Source: Bacillales bacterium UBA7581 (GTDB taxonomy: Bacteria; Bacillota_I; Bacilli_A; RFN20; CAG-826). Taken from it: a stretch of 64,000 bases of DNA. The translations under genes and the position numbers were made by a program. The notes beneath the pieces are model-generated. The model saw only the letters and a list, made by a program, of their open reading frames with translations. It had not been told where the DNA came from and made no database searches. Shown here in pieces: positions 54,932 through 64,000 of this stretch (the first letter of the stretch is position 1; the number at the start of each line of letters is the position of its first letter). Location: contig DLKT01000008.1 in assembly GCA_002477825.1 (NCBI GenBank), positions 42,659-106,658 of the forward strand, read 5' to 3'.

Positions 54932-57136
54932 GTGAAAAAAGTTCCGACTTCATATTCAATGAATGCAGTTACGGCTTTACAAGCGAAAAAGAAGAAAAAA
55001 AAGAATCGAACCAATATTAGCCATGTATTACATAAATTTACAGTAATTGGCTCTATTCTTGGCTTTATACAAATCGTATTTATTATCGCTTTTATTTTAT
55101 TACTCCAAAATAAAGCTTCAATTCCATGGATGGATTCGTTATCCAAAAATACATTAGCGATATCCATTATTTTTTCCGCTTTCATCTTTATTGATGCACT
55201 TTTAGTATTGATTTATATTTCAAAACTTGTACGTGTGTCCCATAAAACGGATTTAGATGTAGCAAGCATTATTGGTCAAGATGTAAAAGAAGCCTATGAT
55301 TTCTCACGCTTAGGATTAGCGGTTGTTGATAAAAATGACATGGTCATTTGGACCAATGAATTCTTAAGTAGCCGTCAAATCAATATGCTTGATATGAATA
55401 TTTATAGCTTATTTGAACCACTTCGTTTCTTTAAGAGTGAAGAAGAAACTGAACAAAAAACAGTGCAAATCAAAGTCAATAACACAACATTTGATGTGGA
55501 ATATTTACGTGATTCAAGATTATTCTTATTCCGCGATGTTTCCGATTATACCGAAGAACATGAAATGGCTTTAAAAGAAGCAATTGTTATCGGTAAATTA
55601 GTTATTGATACTTATGATGAATTATCGAAAATTTTAGAAACTAAGAAATTTAATGATGTCGTTATTGAAACGCATCACTTAATCGATAAATATTTCTCTG
55701 AGCATGGCGCACTTGCGGTTATGTCCAATGATGATGAATTCTTAATTATTAGTAACTTTGAAAACTTTAATAAGATGCGTGAAGAACGTTTTACTTTATT
55801 AGAAACTATTCGTGAAAATTCTCGTGGTGATGACGCAACGGTTATGACGGTTTCTATTGGTTTCGCTCATGGCTTCAATGAAAGTATTGTATCTCTTGAA
55901 AGCAAAGCAACAAGAGCGTGTTCCACTGCTTTACGTCGTGGTGGCGACCAAATTATTGTTTCGGATATTGATGGTCAAACCGTATTTGGTGGAACCAATA
56001 AAGTGCAAAGACAGCAGAATTTAGTGCGTTATCGTACCTATGCTCAATCTTTATCTTCCAGTATTCGTGAAGCATCCAATGTCATTATCTCTGGACATAA
56101 AATTTCCGATATGGATAGCTTAGGTAGTTCATTAGGATTTTATTCTTTTGTAAAAACGGTACATCGTAATAATGGTGAAAGTATTCCTGCTTATGTAGTA
56201 TTTGATAGCAACTCAGCGCAATCGAATACTTTAACGGCATTTCAAACATTGCGTTCATCAGGATTAAAATCTATCTTTATTACTCCGAATGATGTTCCTG
56301 ATTTAATGGATGATCGTTCTTTAATTATTCTTACCGATGTATATAACCCCGTTGGTTCGTTGCTAAGTAAAATTTTTGATAGAAATAGTAAATCTATGAC
56401 GCCAAGTAAAGTCATCGTATTTGATCACCACATGAAAAATACAAAAGATATGGAAATTGCTCCTATTCTTGAATGCGTTGATCCATCGATTTCTTCTTGT
56501 TCAGAAATGGTAACTCACTTACTTCAATATACCGAAGAAGATTGTAAGATGAATCCATTAATCGCGGATGTTTTATTATCTGGTATTATGCTAGATACTG
56601 GTTTCTTTAAAAACCGTGTAGATACCACAACATATTCCGCTTGTAATATGCTTGTTCAACGGGGTGCTAAATCAGAAAATGCCAGTAATATGTTAAAAGA
56701 AGCTTATGAAACCTATCAATTAAAATGTAGTATTGGTGCGGGAACATCTGCTGTATATAATTCTTTGAATTTCTATATTAGTGGTGGCATTCACATTTTC
56801 ATTATTTGTGCAACTGATCCTAAAAATCCAAACTCACTTTTAGATGAAGATATTTTAGCTAAAGTAGCGGATGAGCACGTAGCTACAAAGGACGTTGATG
56901 CTTGCTTTGTTATTGGTAAAGTAAGTGATAATGGCATTAAAGTGAGTTGCCGCGGTAATGGCAAATATAACGTACAACGTGTCGCAGAAAGCTTCCCAGA
57001 TGGCTATGGTGGTGGCGAATTTGATCGCGCGGCGGTATTATTCACAACCCATGGCTTAACGGTAGAAGATGTGCGTGAAAAAGTAAGAGAAAAAATACTT
57101 GAGTTATCCGATTTAAGCGATTCTCAAGAAGCTTAA
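54932..57136 (+). CDS. gdpP: GdpP-type c-di-AMP phosphodiesterase (2 TM, PAS-like, degenerate GGDEF, DHH/DHHA1)
   Basis: RRGGDQI degenerate GGDEF, DHH motifs (GHKISDMDSLGS, VFDHHM), DHHA1 region. GTG start at 54932 after GAGGTGA. Confidence 0.85.
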   Translation: MKKVPTSYSMNAVTALQAKKKKKKNRTNISHVLHKFTVIGSILGFIQIVFIIAFILLLQNKASIPWMDSLSKNTLAISIIFSAFIFIDALLVLIYISKLVRVSHKTDLDVASIIGQDVKEAYDFSRLGLAVVDKNDMVIWTNEFLSSRQINMLDMNIYSLFEPLRFFKSEEETEQKTVQIKVNNTTFDVEYLRDSRLFLFRDVSDYTEEHEMALKEAIVIGKLVIDTYDELSKILETKKFNDVVIETHHLIDKYFSEHGALAVMSNDDEFLIISNFENFNKMREERFTLLETIRENSRGDDATVMTVSIGFAHGFNESIVSLESKATRACSTALRRGGDQIIVSDIDGQTVFGGTNKVQRQQNLVRYRTYAQSLSSSIREASNVIISGHKISDMDSLGSSLGFYSFVKTVHRNNGESIPAYVVFDSNSAQSNTLTAFQTLRSSGLKSIFITPNDVPDLMDDRSLIILTDVYNPVGSLLSKIFDRNSKSMTPSKVIVFDHHMKNTKDMEIAPILECVDPSISSCSEMVTHLLQYTEEDCKMNPLIADVLLSGIMLDTGFFKNRVDTTTYSACNMLVQRGAKSENASNMLKEAYETYQLKCSIGAGTSAVYNSLNFYISGGIHIFIICATDPKNPNSLLDEDILAKVADEHVATKDVDACFVIGKVSDNGIKVSCRGNGKYNVQRVAESFPDGYGGGEFDRAAVLFTTHGLTVEDVREKVREKILELSDLSDSQEA

Positions 57137-57162
57137 TTAGAAGTAAAAGGAGGGACTTCTTT

Positions 57163-57615
57163 ATGCAAGTTATTTTATTACAAGATGTAAGAGGCGTAGG
57201 AAAAAAAGGACAAACTGTCGATGTAAGTGATGGTTATGGCAATAACTTCTTATTACCTCGTCGTTTAGCAGTTCTTGCTACGAAAAGAAGTCGTGAGATT
57301 TTAGATAATCAAATCGAAGCAAAAAAACAAGAAGAAGCCAATAAGAAAAAAGAAGCGGAAGAACTTGTTGTCCGTTTAAAAGATATTATTTTAGAGTTCC
57401 AAGCAACACCAGGAAAAGATGGAAGGATGTTTGGTTCTATTTCCAGTAAACAAGTTTGTGAAGCAATGAAAGAAAGACATGGTATTCTTTTAGATAAACG
57501 TAAATTTGTGGAGAAAGACACCGTCAATGTCTTTGGTATAACCACAATGAAAATTGAACTTTATAAGGGCGTTATTGGCACATTTAAAGTTCATGTGAGT
57601 GAAAAAGTGCGGTGA
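57163..57615 (+). CDS. rplI: 50S ribosomal protein L9
   Basis: MQVILLQDV.GVGKKG...V.DGY.NFL.P. Confidence 0.95.
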   Translation: MQVILLQDVRGVGKKGQTVDVSDGYGNNFLLPRRLAVLATKRSREILDNQIEAKKQEEANKKKEAEELVVRLKDIILEFQATPGKDGRMFGSISSKQVCEAMKERHGILLDKRKFVEKDTVNVFGITTMKIELYKGVIGTFKVHVSEKVR

Positions 57616-59018
57616 AATCCATGATTGAGAAGCAACCGAACAATATTGAAGTAGAAAAAACAGTATTAGGCGCGATGATGCTTTCAAAGGAATCGCTTTT
57701 GGATGCATCAAGCCTACTTGAAGAAGAAGACTTTTATGATATCAAGCACCGAATTATTTTTAGTGCTATTTTAGACGTACAACAAAAAGGGATTCCGGTT
57801 GATATCAAAACCGTAACGGAAGCATTAATCAATTTAAAAGAATTAGATAAAGTAGGTGGAGTTGAATATTTACAAGAACTCTGTGAATCCATTGTAAGTT
57901 TTTCTAGTACCGAACACTATATTCATATCGTCCAAGATCAATCCTATTTACGTTCGTTATTAAATACGATGGATGATATTATCAAAGAATATAACGAAAA
58001 TGAAATTGAAGATATTGGTACCTTTATTGGTGATGCAGCAAGAAGAGTGGATAAAGCCGCAGAAAAAAGAAGAATTAGTTCTTTCTCCACTTCTAAACAA
58101 GTGACTGAAAAAGTGCGCCAAATGCTTTTAACCCAGAAAAAAGCTTCCGAAGATGGCGTTACAGGGGTAACGACTGGATATCGTGAGCTTAATATGAAAA
58201 CGCATGGTTTTCAACCATCCGATATTATTATTTTAGCAGCCCGTCCTTCGGTTGGTAAAACGGCTTTAGGATTAAACATTGCTTTTAATGCAGCTTCTAA
58301 AACGAATACACCTGTCGCTATTTTCTCATTAGAAATGCCATCCGAACAATTGATTTTACGTTTATTAGCGAATCGTTCCTGTGTAGATTTAGGAAAAATT
58401 CAAACAGGTTTTCTCACAAAACGTGAACAATTAGAATTAGAAAGAGCGATGAATGAACTTGCTGAAACTAAACTCTACATTGATGACACTCCAGGTATTA
58501 AATTAATGGATATTTTAGCGAAATCTAGAAAACTTAAAACCGAATGTCCTGATCTTTCATTAATTATGATTGACTATATCGGTTTAATTACTACCGGCGC
58601 TAAAAAGATTGAAAGTCGTCAATTAGAAGTATCAGAAATCTCACGTTCTTTAAAGGAACTAGCGCGTGAATTAAAAATACCTATTCTTGTAATTAGCCAG
58701 CTTTCTCGTGCGGTAGATAGCCGTACAGGAAGCAAAAAACCTGTTTTAAGTGACTTACGTGAATCCGGATCTATTGAACAAGATGCGGACCAAGTTTTAT
58801 TGCTTTATCGAGAAGATTACTATGCGCAAGATAAAAAAGGCGACGCTAATAAAGAAGAGATGAAAGCGCCAAATGGAGAAGATGCAAGTGTCTCTATTGT
58901 AAAAGTATTAATTGCTAAAAACCGTAATGGCCAAATTGGTGAAGTTGAATTAACCTTTACGAAAAGCATTGGCCGTTTTGATGATTCTGCTCGTCCCCAT
59001 GAAGAGGAAGATGAGTAA
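57612..59018 (+). CDS. dnaB: Replicative DNA helicase
   Basis: PSVGKTALGLN Walker A and IDYIGLI. GTGA overlap with rplI (alternative ATG at 57621). Confidence 0.95.
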   Translation: MKSMIEKQPNNIEVEKTVLGAMMLSKESLLDASSLLEEEDFYDIKHRIIFSAILDVQQKGIPVDIKTVTEALINLKELDKVGGVEYLQELCESIVSFSSTEHYIHIVQDQSYLRSLLNTMDDIIKEYNENEIEDIGTFIGDAARRVDKAAEKRRISSFSTSKQVTEKVRQMLLTQKKASEDGVTGVTTGYRELNMKTHGFQPSDIIILAARPSVGKTALGLNIAFNAASKTNTPVAIFSLEMPSEQLILRLLANRSCVDLGKIQTGFLTKREQLELERAMNELAETKLYIDDTPGIKLMDILAKSRKLKTECPDLSLIMIDYIGLITTGAKKIESRQLEVSEISRSLKELARELKIPILVISQLSRAVDSRTGSKKPVLSDLRESGSIEQDADQVLLLYREDYYAQDKKGDANKEEMKAPNGEDASVSIVKVLIAKNRNGQIGEVELTFTKSIGRFDDSARPHEEEDE

Positions 59019-59773
59019 TGGAATTTTACGTTTTAGCTAGTGGTTCCAAAGGAAATGCGACATTAGTAGCGTCTCATCAACATGTAATATTAATCGATAT
59101 GGGGCTTACCCAAAAAAGATTTTTAGAGCAGTTATCCAAGACTCCTTATCGATTAGAAGACATTTCTGCTATTTTAATCACACATGATCATAGTGATCAC
59201 ACGGCAGGATTGCGCTTTTTAAAAGACATCCCTATGTTTGCTGGAGAAGGTACGTATGATATCGATGAATCTGGTTATTTAGACCCATATAGTCACTACG
59301 ACATTGCAGGCTTTCATGTTTTTACTTTACCGACTTCTCATGATGCTAAGAATCCTTTAGGCTTTGTGATTGAAGATGACGAAGAAAAATTAGTGTACAT
59401 GACAGACACTGGCTATGTAAGTGAAAACAATTTAAAACATATGCAGAATGCAGATTATTACATCTTTGAAAGCAATCATAATGTAAGAATGCTATTGGCC
59501 ACAAATCGACCTTATGAATTAAAGCAAAGAATTTTAGGCGATGAAGGTCACTTAAGTAATGAAGATAGTGCTTACTATTTAACGCAGTGCATCGGTGATA
59601 AAACCAAAGAAATTGTCTTAGCGCACTTATCACAAGAAGCAAATACGGAAGAAAAAGCTTTAGAAGCATATTTACGCGTATTTAGAAAAGAAAAAATAAA
59701 CCCAGATCGGTTTCAAATTCGAGCCGCTTCTCAATATGAGATACTCATCGGTGGAGATAAAATAAAGTTATGA
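59018..59773 (+). CDS. yycJ: Metallo-beta-lactamase-fold hydrolase (YycJ/WalJ-like)
   Basis: THDHSDH motif. TAATG overlap with dnaB. Confidence 0.75.
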   Translation: MEFYVLASGSKGNATLVASHQHVILIDMGLTQKRFLEQLSKTPYRLEDISAILITHDHSDHTAGLRFLKDIPMFAGEGTYDIDESGYLDPYSHYDIAGFHVFTLPTSHDAKNPLGFVIEDDEEKLVYMTDTGYVSENNLKHMQNADYYIFESNHNVRMLLATNRPYELKQRILGDEGHLSNEDSAYYLTQCIGDKTKEIVLAHLSQEANTEEKALEAYLRVFRKEKINPDRFQIRAASQYEILIGGDKIKL

Positions 59774-60249
59774 AAATATCCATTATTGCCGTAGGTAAAA
59801 TAAAAGAAAAATACTTTCTAGATGCAATTTCAGAATATAAAAAGCGTTTGCAAGCTTACGCTGAAATTGAAATCATCGAAGTAGCGGACGAAAAAATTCC
59901 CGATAAAGCTTCTTTAAAAGAAGAAGAATTAATTAAAAGAAAAGAAGGAGATAAACTCCTTCAAAAGATAAAAAAGAATGATTTTGTTGTTTTATTAGAT
60001 TTACATGGAAAAGCAATGGACTCTGTATCATTTTCTAATTTCTTAGATAATAAAATGACGGAAGGCGTTTCTTTTTTTTCCTTTGTAATCGGCGGCTCTT
60101 TAGGCTTATCTAAAGAAGTCATTGAAAGAGCAAACTTTCGTTTATGCTTATCCCCAATGACGTTTACCCATCAATTCACAAGAGTGATTATCTTAGAGCA
60201 AATTTATCGCGCGTTTAAGATATTACATCATGAAACTTATCATAAATAG
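59770..60249 (+). CDS. rlmH: 23S rRNA (pseudouridine1915-N3)-methyltransferase
   Basis: SPOUT RlmH pattern and a 159-aa length. ATGA overlap with yycJ. Confidence 0.9.
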   Translation: MKISIIAVGKIKEKYFLDAISEYKKRLQAYAEIEIIEVADEKIPDKASLKEEELIKRKEGDKLLQKIKKNDFVVLLDLHGKAMDSVSFSNFLDNKMTEGVSFFSFVIGGSLGLSKEVIERANFRLCLSPMTFTHQFTRVIILEQIYRAFKILHHETYHK

Positions 60250-60252
60250 AAA

Positions 60253-61974
60253 TTAATCTTCAAGATGCTTGAAGAGGAGAATATCCTTCTTCTGCATCTT
60301 TTTTTCTATTAAAATGATAAGTCCAGCAACAATTGCTGTAAGTGAAATTAATAAAAAGTAACCTGGAATCGCTAAAGAATAAAAGAGTATTCCAAGCAAA
60401 ATAATGGCAAAAAATAATCCGAGTAAAATGAGCATTGTCATAACAACGGAACGATTTTGCTTCATAGCCGCGACTTCATTTTCCCAATCTAAATATGGAT
60501 GTTTTAAATCCATTAAAATCATAATGTAGTTGATAATGACAATTGTAAAGAAAGAAAGCGGGAAATAAAGAAGGGGTAAATACCAAGGCAATTGTAAGAA
60601 AATGGTTCCTCCAATGAATATGATAAGCATAAAGAAGGTAGCGAATAAAACACCAACGCTCATTTTAGCGTGGATTTGTTTCATCGGAGAAATCGGTAAT
60701 ACTTTTAATAAATAAGCATTTTTTCCTTCTCGAGAAATTGCACTTGCAGAGGCTAAAATCATTGTGCTAAATAAAGCGCTGATGGCGCATATAAGAAATG
60801 GAGCAATAGGACTATTTAAAGCAATAAAGCTTCTAAAGTATTCAATGGCCTCGGCTAATTCTTCCATTGTTGCTTGACTTCTGGAATAAGTAGCAAAAAT
60901 AGAGATAAAAAGAATGATGATAAGAAAAAAGGGCGGAAATAAAATTTGAATACAAGCAGAAGGAGAACGTACAATCGTTTTCCATTCTTTTAGAGCATAA
61001 CTTTGAAAAGTAGAATGATGAGAACTTTTGATTTCATTCGTGTGGTGTTTCTTTTTCGTTACTTCACCTTCACCCATAATGGATTTTTGATAAAAAATAT
61101 TACTGATAAAAGAGATAATACCTAATACACCGAGTGAGATACCTACGAAAGCAAGAATGTTGAGCAAACCACTTATGCCATTTCGTGTAAAACCATCTAC
61201 GACGAAATGGTTGATGAAATTTAAAAAAGAGAGTGATTCTGCTTGGCTTTTCATTAATTCTTTTGCTTGCGCAATCAAAGCGACATCTTCTTTAGGATCT
61301 TCACCAGGTAAAGCAAATTGAACAACAAATTCAACGGCAATGATTCCAACAATCATTAGAATTGAATAGATAAAGGAAAAAACTTCGCGATGTCTTTGAA
61401 TGTGCACAATTAAATCAATGATGATTGTTAAAATAAAAGTGATAGAAATAGGTAAAAATGGCATGGATAAGAAGAGCAAAACCTCATTTAAATAAATAAG
61501 AGGTCCGGCACTTGTTATCAAATTAAAGGATAGATAAATAGGAAACAATAAAACAAATTCTAAAATATAACTAGTTAATAATGTTGAAATAAAACGCGCT
61601 AAAAAGATTTGATAAGGCTTGATTGGCATAGCTAAATAAACATGTGAATCATTGGACAAAAAGAAAATAGAAACGACGAGCGAATTTAAGAAAATAAATA
61701 AAAAGCCAAAGAGATAAGGAAAGAAAACCGTGAGAATATTTTTAATATATTCTGTATCTAAGGTACTAGGATTTCCTTGATTATCAAGAAGTGCAACGGA
61801 AAAAAGACTATAAGAAATCGTAAAAATACTGATACCGATAAAGATAAAAGCAATGGCTAAAATAATCGCTGTTGCTTTTCCACCTTTTTTTGACTTCTTT
61901 CCATTATTAACTTGGGCAAATAAATTGGAGTTATTTTTAAAAATAACCGCAGCTAATTTTAAAGTTTTACTCAT
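60253..61974 (-). CDS. Large polytopic ABC-exporter permease (ABC-2-like)
   Basis: More than 12 predicted TM segments. Overlaps the upstream ATPase gene by 8 nt. Confidence 0.6.
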   Translation of the reverse strand: MSKTLKLAAVIFKNNSNLFAQVNNGKKSKKGGKATAIILAIAFIFIGISIFTISYSLFSVALLDNQGNPSTLDTEYIKNILTVFFPYLFGFLFIFLNSLVVSIFFLSNDSHVYLAMPIKPYQIFLARFISTLLTSYILEFVLLFPIYLSFNLITSAGPLIYLNEVLLFLSMPFLPISITFILTIIIDLIVHIQRHREVFSFIYSILMIVGIIAVEFVVQFALPGEDPKEDVALIAQAKELMKSQAESLSFLNFINHFVVDGFTRNGISGLLNILAFVGISLGVLGIISFISNIFYQKSIMGEGEVTKKKHHTNEIKSSHHSTFQSYALKEWKTIVRSPSACIQILFPPFFLIIILFISIFATYSRSQATMEELAEAIEYFRSFIALNSPIAPFLICAISALFSTMILASASAISREGKNAYLLKVLPISPMKQIHAKMSVGVLFATFFMLIIFIGGTIFLQLPWYLPLLYFPLSFFTIVIINYIMILMDLKHPYLDWENEVAAMKQNRSVVMTMLILLGLFFAIILLGILFYSLAIPGYFLLISLTAIVAGLIILIEKKMQKKDILLFKHLED

Positions 61975-62692
61975 GACTTGTAAGCTCCAAGAATAATTCT
62001 TCTAAGGATTCATCTTTCGCTGTTTGTTTCTTTAATTCTTCAATCGTTCCAACAAATACGAGTTTTCCGTGCGATAAAATGCCGATTCGATCACATACTT
62101 TTTCCGCCACATCCAAAACGTGTGTGGAAAAAAGGACCGTATTTCCAGCATCCGCATGTTCGCGCATCATTTCTTTTAAAGTAAAAGCAGATTTTGGATC
62201 TAAACCAGTTAAGGGTTCATCTAATATCCAGTTAGCGGGTTGATGTAATAAAACACCAATCATCATTAATTTTTGGCGCATACCATGAGAATAAGAGGAA
62301 ATCTTATCATTCAAAGCGTCTTGAATCTCAAAGCGTTTTGCTAAAGAGGAGATTCTTTCTTTTGCAATCGTACACTCCACATTATAAATACTAGCGATAA
62401 AGTTTAAATACTCAATCCCTTTTAAACGTAATAGAACATCAGGACTATCAGGAACGAACCCAAATTGTTGCTTTGCTTTTAAACTTTGTTTTGTAATATC
62501 AAAACCATCAATTGTAATAGAACCTTCTGTGATAGGAGAAATACCAGTCATCATTTTTAATGTTGTGGTTTTACCCGCACCATTTGGCCCTAAAAAGCCA
62601 AAAATTTCTCCATTTTCTATAGTTAAATTCATGTGAGAAACGGCTGGTTGCCCTTTCCCATATACTTTCGTGACATCATGGATTTCAATCAT
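61967..62692 (-). CDS. ABC transporter ATP-binding protein (ABC-2/DrrA-like)
   Basis: GPNGAGKTT, YSHGMRQK and ILDEPLTGLD motifs. Confidence 0.9.
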   Translation of the reverse strand: MIEIHDVTKVYGKGQPAVSHMNLTIENGEIFGFLGPNGAGKTTTLKMMTGISPITEGSITIDGFDITKQSLKAKQQFGFVPDSPDVLLRLKGIEYLNFIASIYNVECTIAKERISSLAKRFEIQDALNDKISSYSHGMRQKLMMIGVLLHQPANWILDEPLTGLDPKSAFTLKEMMREHADAGNTVLFSTHVLDVAEKVCDRIGILSHGKLVFVGTIEELKKQTAKDESLEELFLELTSHE

Positions 62693-62835
62693 TTTAAGTC
62701 ACCCTTTCTTTAATCTATTACATTATACTGATTTTAAAAATAAAAGAATAGTGTTCAAAAATAAAAAATTAGATAAGGAAAATCAAGAATAAAATAAATA
62801 ATTTTCCATATGAATTCACGTATAAAGTTAAAAAC

Positions 62836-62861
62836 ACGACAAAAAGACCTCAAAAGAGGTA
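62836..62861 (-). terminator. Rho-independent terminator after the transposase gene
   Basis: ACCTC-tttt-GAGGT followed by CTTTTTGTCGTGTTTTT on the minus strand. Confidence 0.6.
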
Positions 62862-64000
62862 TTTCTAAAAAATATGTAGTATAATGTAAATGGTTATTTA
62901 AATAAAGAACCACTTTTGCATAATGAATAGATGATTCTAACCAACTTATTCATTGATGCTACAAAGGCAGAACGGGGAGCTAATCCATCTGCCTTTTTCT
63001 TTTTATAAAAATCAACAATTACAGTATCTCTTGATGTTTTGACCATACATGTTACTGCTAAATATAATAAGCATCTAAGCTTTTTATTGCCTTTTTTAGA
63101 TATCTTTAAATGTAGTCCAGAGATTTGACCGGATTGATAAATTTGAGGATCTATGCCACAATAGGCTACTACTTGTGATGCATTGTTGAATCTTGATATA
63201 TCACCAAGCTCAGCCAATATTCTGGATGACAAGTTATCACCAATGCCCGGAATACTTCTTATATATTCATAATTAGGTAATGTTTTAGCTATATCTACTA
63301 TCTCTTCAAGAACATAATTAAGATGTTGAATTTGAGCATTAAGATTATGAATAACTACATTAAATTGATTGACTAAATATGACTTTGAACTACATCCAGA
63401 CGCACAGTTTTCTGCATATTCTTTTAAAGTTTTTGCTTGTCTTAAGCAATAGGCTTCCTGATGACATGTATGTTTCTCTAAGAACTTTGCTATCGTATCT
63501 AATCTCTTTTTTCGAATGATTTCTGGATGAGAATATTCAAGTAAAAATGATTGTATAAAATCACCATATAAATCATTATATATCTCATCAAATCCAGGAT
63601 AGATAATATCTAATAATCTTCTAAACTCAATCTTCCAACGTTTCATTTCGTCCATTAAAAAGTCATAATATCTGCTTTTTTCTCTCAAATCATCATATAT
63701 TTCATCGATTTTAGTATATATTCTCAATTTCTTTAAATAGAATACATTGGCTATAGATGTACAATCTTTTACATCTGTTTTCGTACCTCGAATATCACTT
63801 TTCCTAACCTTAGCTGATAGTAATGGACTGATGATTGTATATTTGAAATCATGCTCATCTAAGAATGTTTGTAAAGCTTTATGGTATACACCAGTTGATT
63901 CAAATATTACTATACAGTCTTCATCATATTCTTTTCTTATTTTTTCTCTCAAGTGAATAAGCTCTTTAAAGCCTTCTAAATTATGGTCAATCTTTTTTGG
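62862..64000 (-). mobile_element. IS110-family insertion sequence (partial; ends not determinable)
   Basis: Transposase identity. This family lacks terminal inverted repeats, so the near end is only guessed to lie between the stop codon and the terminator. Confidence 0.6.
62894..64000 (-). CDS. IS110-family (DEDD) transposase, N-terminus cut by the window edge
   Basis: IFESTGVYH, KTDVKDC and the C-terminal IPGIGDNLSSRILAELGD...YCGIDPQIYQSG...KKGNKKLR. The frame stays open upstream of the listed TTG to position 64000. Confidence 0.9.
   Translation of the reverse strand, partial: PKKIDHNLEGFKELIHLREKIRKEYDEDCIVIFESTGVYHKALQTFLDEHDFKYTIISPLLSAKVRKSDIRGTKTDVKDCTSIANVFYLKKLRIYTKIDEIYDDLREKSRYYDFLMDEMKRWKIEFRRLLDIIYPGFDEIYNDLYGDFIQSFLLEYSHPEIIRKKRLDTIAKFLEKHTCHQEAYCLRQAKTLKEYAENCASGCSSKSYLVNQFNVVIHNLNAQIQHLNYVLEEIVDIAKTLPNYEYIRSIPGIGDNLSSRILAELGDISRFNNASQVVAYCGIDPQIYQSGQISGLHLKISKKGNKKLRCLLYLAVTCMVKTSRDTVIVDFYKKKKADGLAPRSAFVASMNKLVRIIYSLCKSGSLFK

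Noticed and set aside
57139-57160. Hairpin AGAAGT-aaaaggaggg-ACTTCT enclosing the rplI Shine-Dalgarno sequence
   Set aside because: A 6-bp A/U-rich stem has marginal stability and there is no known L9 autoregulation. It is probably fortuitous.
62693-62893. Bridge/seek RNA encoded downstream of the IS110 transposase
   Set aside because: The region is extremely AT-rich with a single simple terminator hairpin. It shows no multi-loop structure.
1-64000. CRISPR arrays, tRNA/rRNA genes, prophage or defence islands, and alternative genetic code (UGA=Trp)
   Set aside because: I saw no regularly spaced direct repeats and no tRNA- or rRNA-like sequence in intergenic regions. No phage or defence hallmark proteins are present. 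TGA is used as a genuine stop (for example in the Fe-ADH and tetR genes).

Overview
This is a visibly AT-rich chromosomal segment that uses the standard genetic code (TGA, TAA and TAG all terminate long ORFs). The source is a low-GC Firmicute that carries endospore genes. An Erysipelotrichia-like lineage is only a guess from gene content.

Layout:
- 0.4-10.6 kb: a small SRP RNA, tadA, two P-type ATPases and a translationally coupled psuG / TetR-like / Fe-ADH / degenerate site-2-protease-like cluster.
- 10.5-29.3 kb: a mostly minus-strand accessory block. It holds mscL with a Pro-Glu repeat tail, four lipobox lipoproteins window-wide, DegV, a beta-helix protein, a tetR plus heterodimeric ABC exporter operon with clear operators, two tandem paralogous tail-anchored surface proteins, and transporters.
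- 29.3-60.2 kb: a co-oriented plus-strand core block. It runs pth-mfd-spoVT-yabO-yabP-yabQ-divIC-like-spoIIE-tilS-ftsH-dusB-lysS, then DUF3737-patB-tcdA, two large lipoproteins and a divergent Clp/Hsp100 ATPase. It ends with rpsF-ssb-rpsR-yybS-gdpP-rplI-dnaB-yycJ-rlmH.
- 60.3-64.0 kb: an ABC-2 type exporter pair and an IS110-family transposase cut by the window edge.

I saw no rRNA, tRNA, CRISPR array, or recognisable defence or prophage module.

The most unusual signal is a ~134-nt non-coding element present twice in inverted orientation (201-334 and 13040-13173). The copies differ by only 3 substitutions and one 1-nt indel, and conserved hairpins are intact. I cannot assign it to any RNA family or mobile-element end that I know.

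Coordinates of starts, promoters and terminators were read by eye and are approximate.
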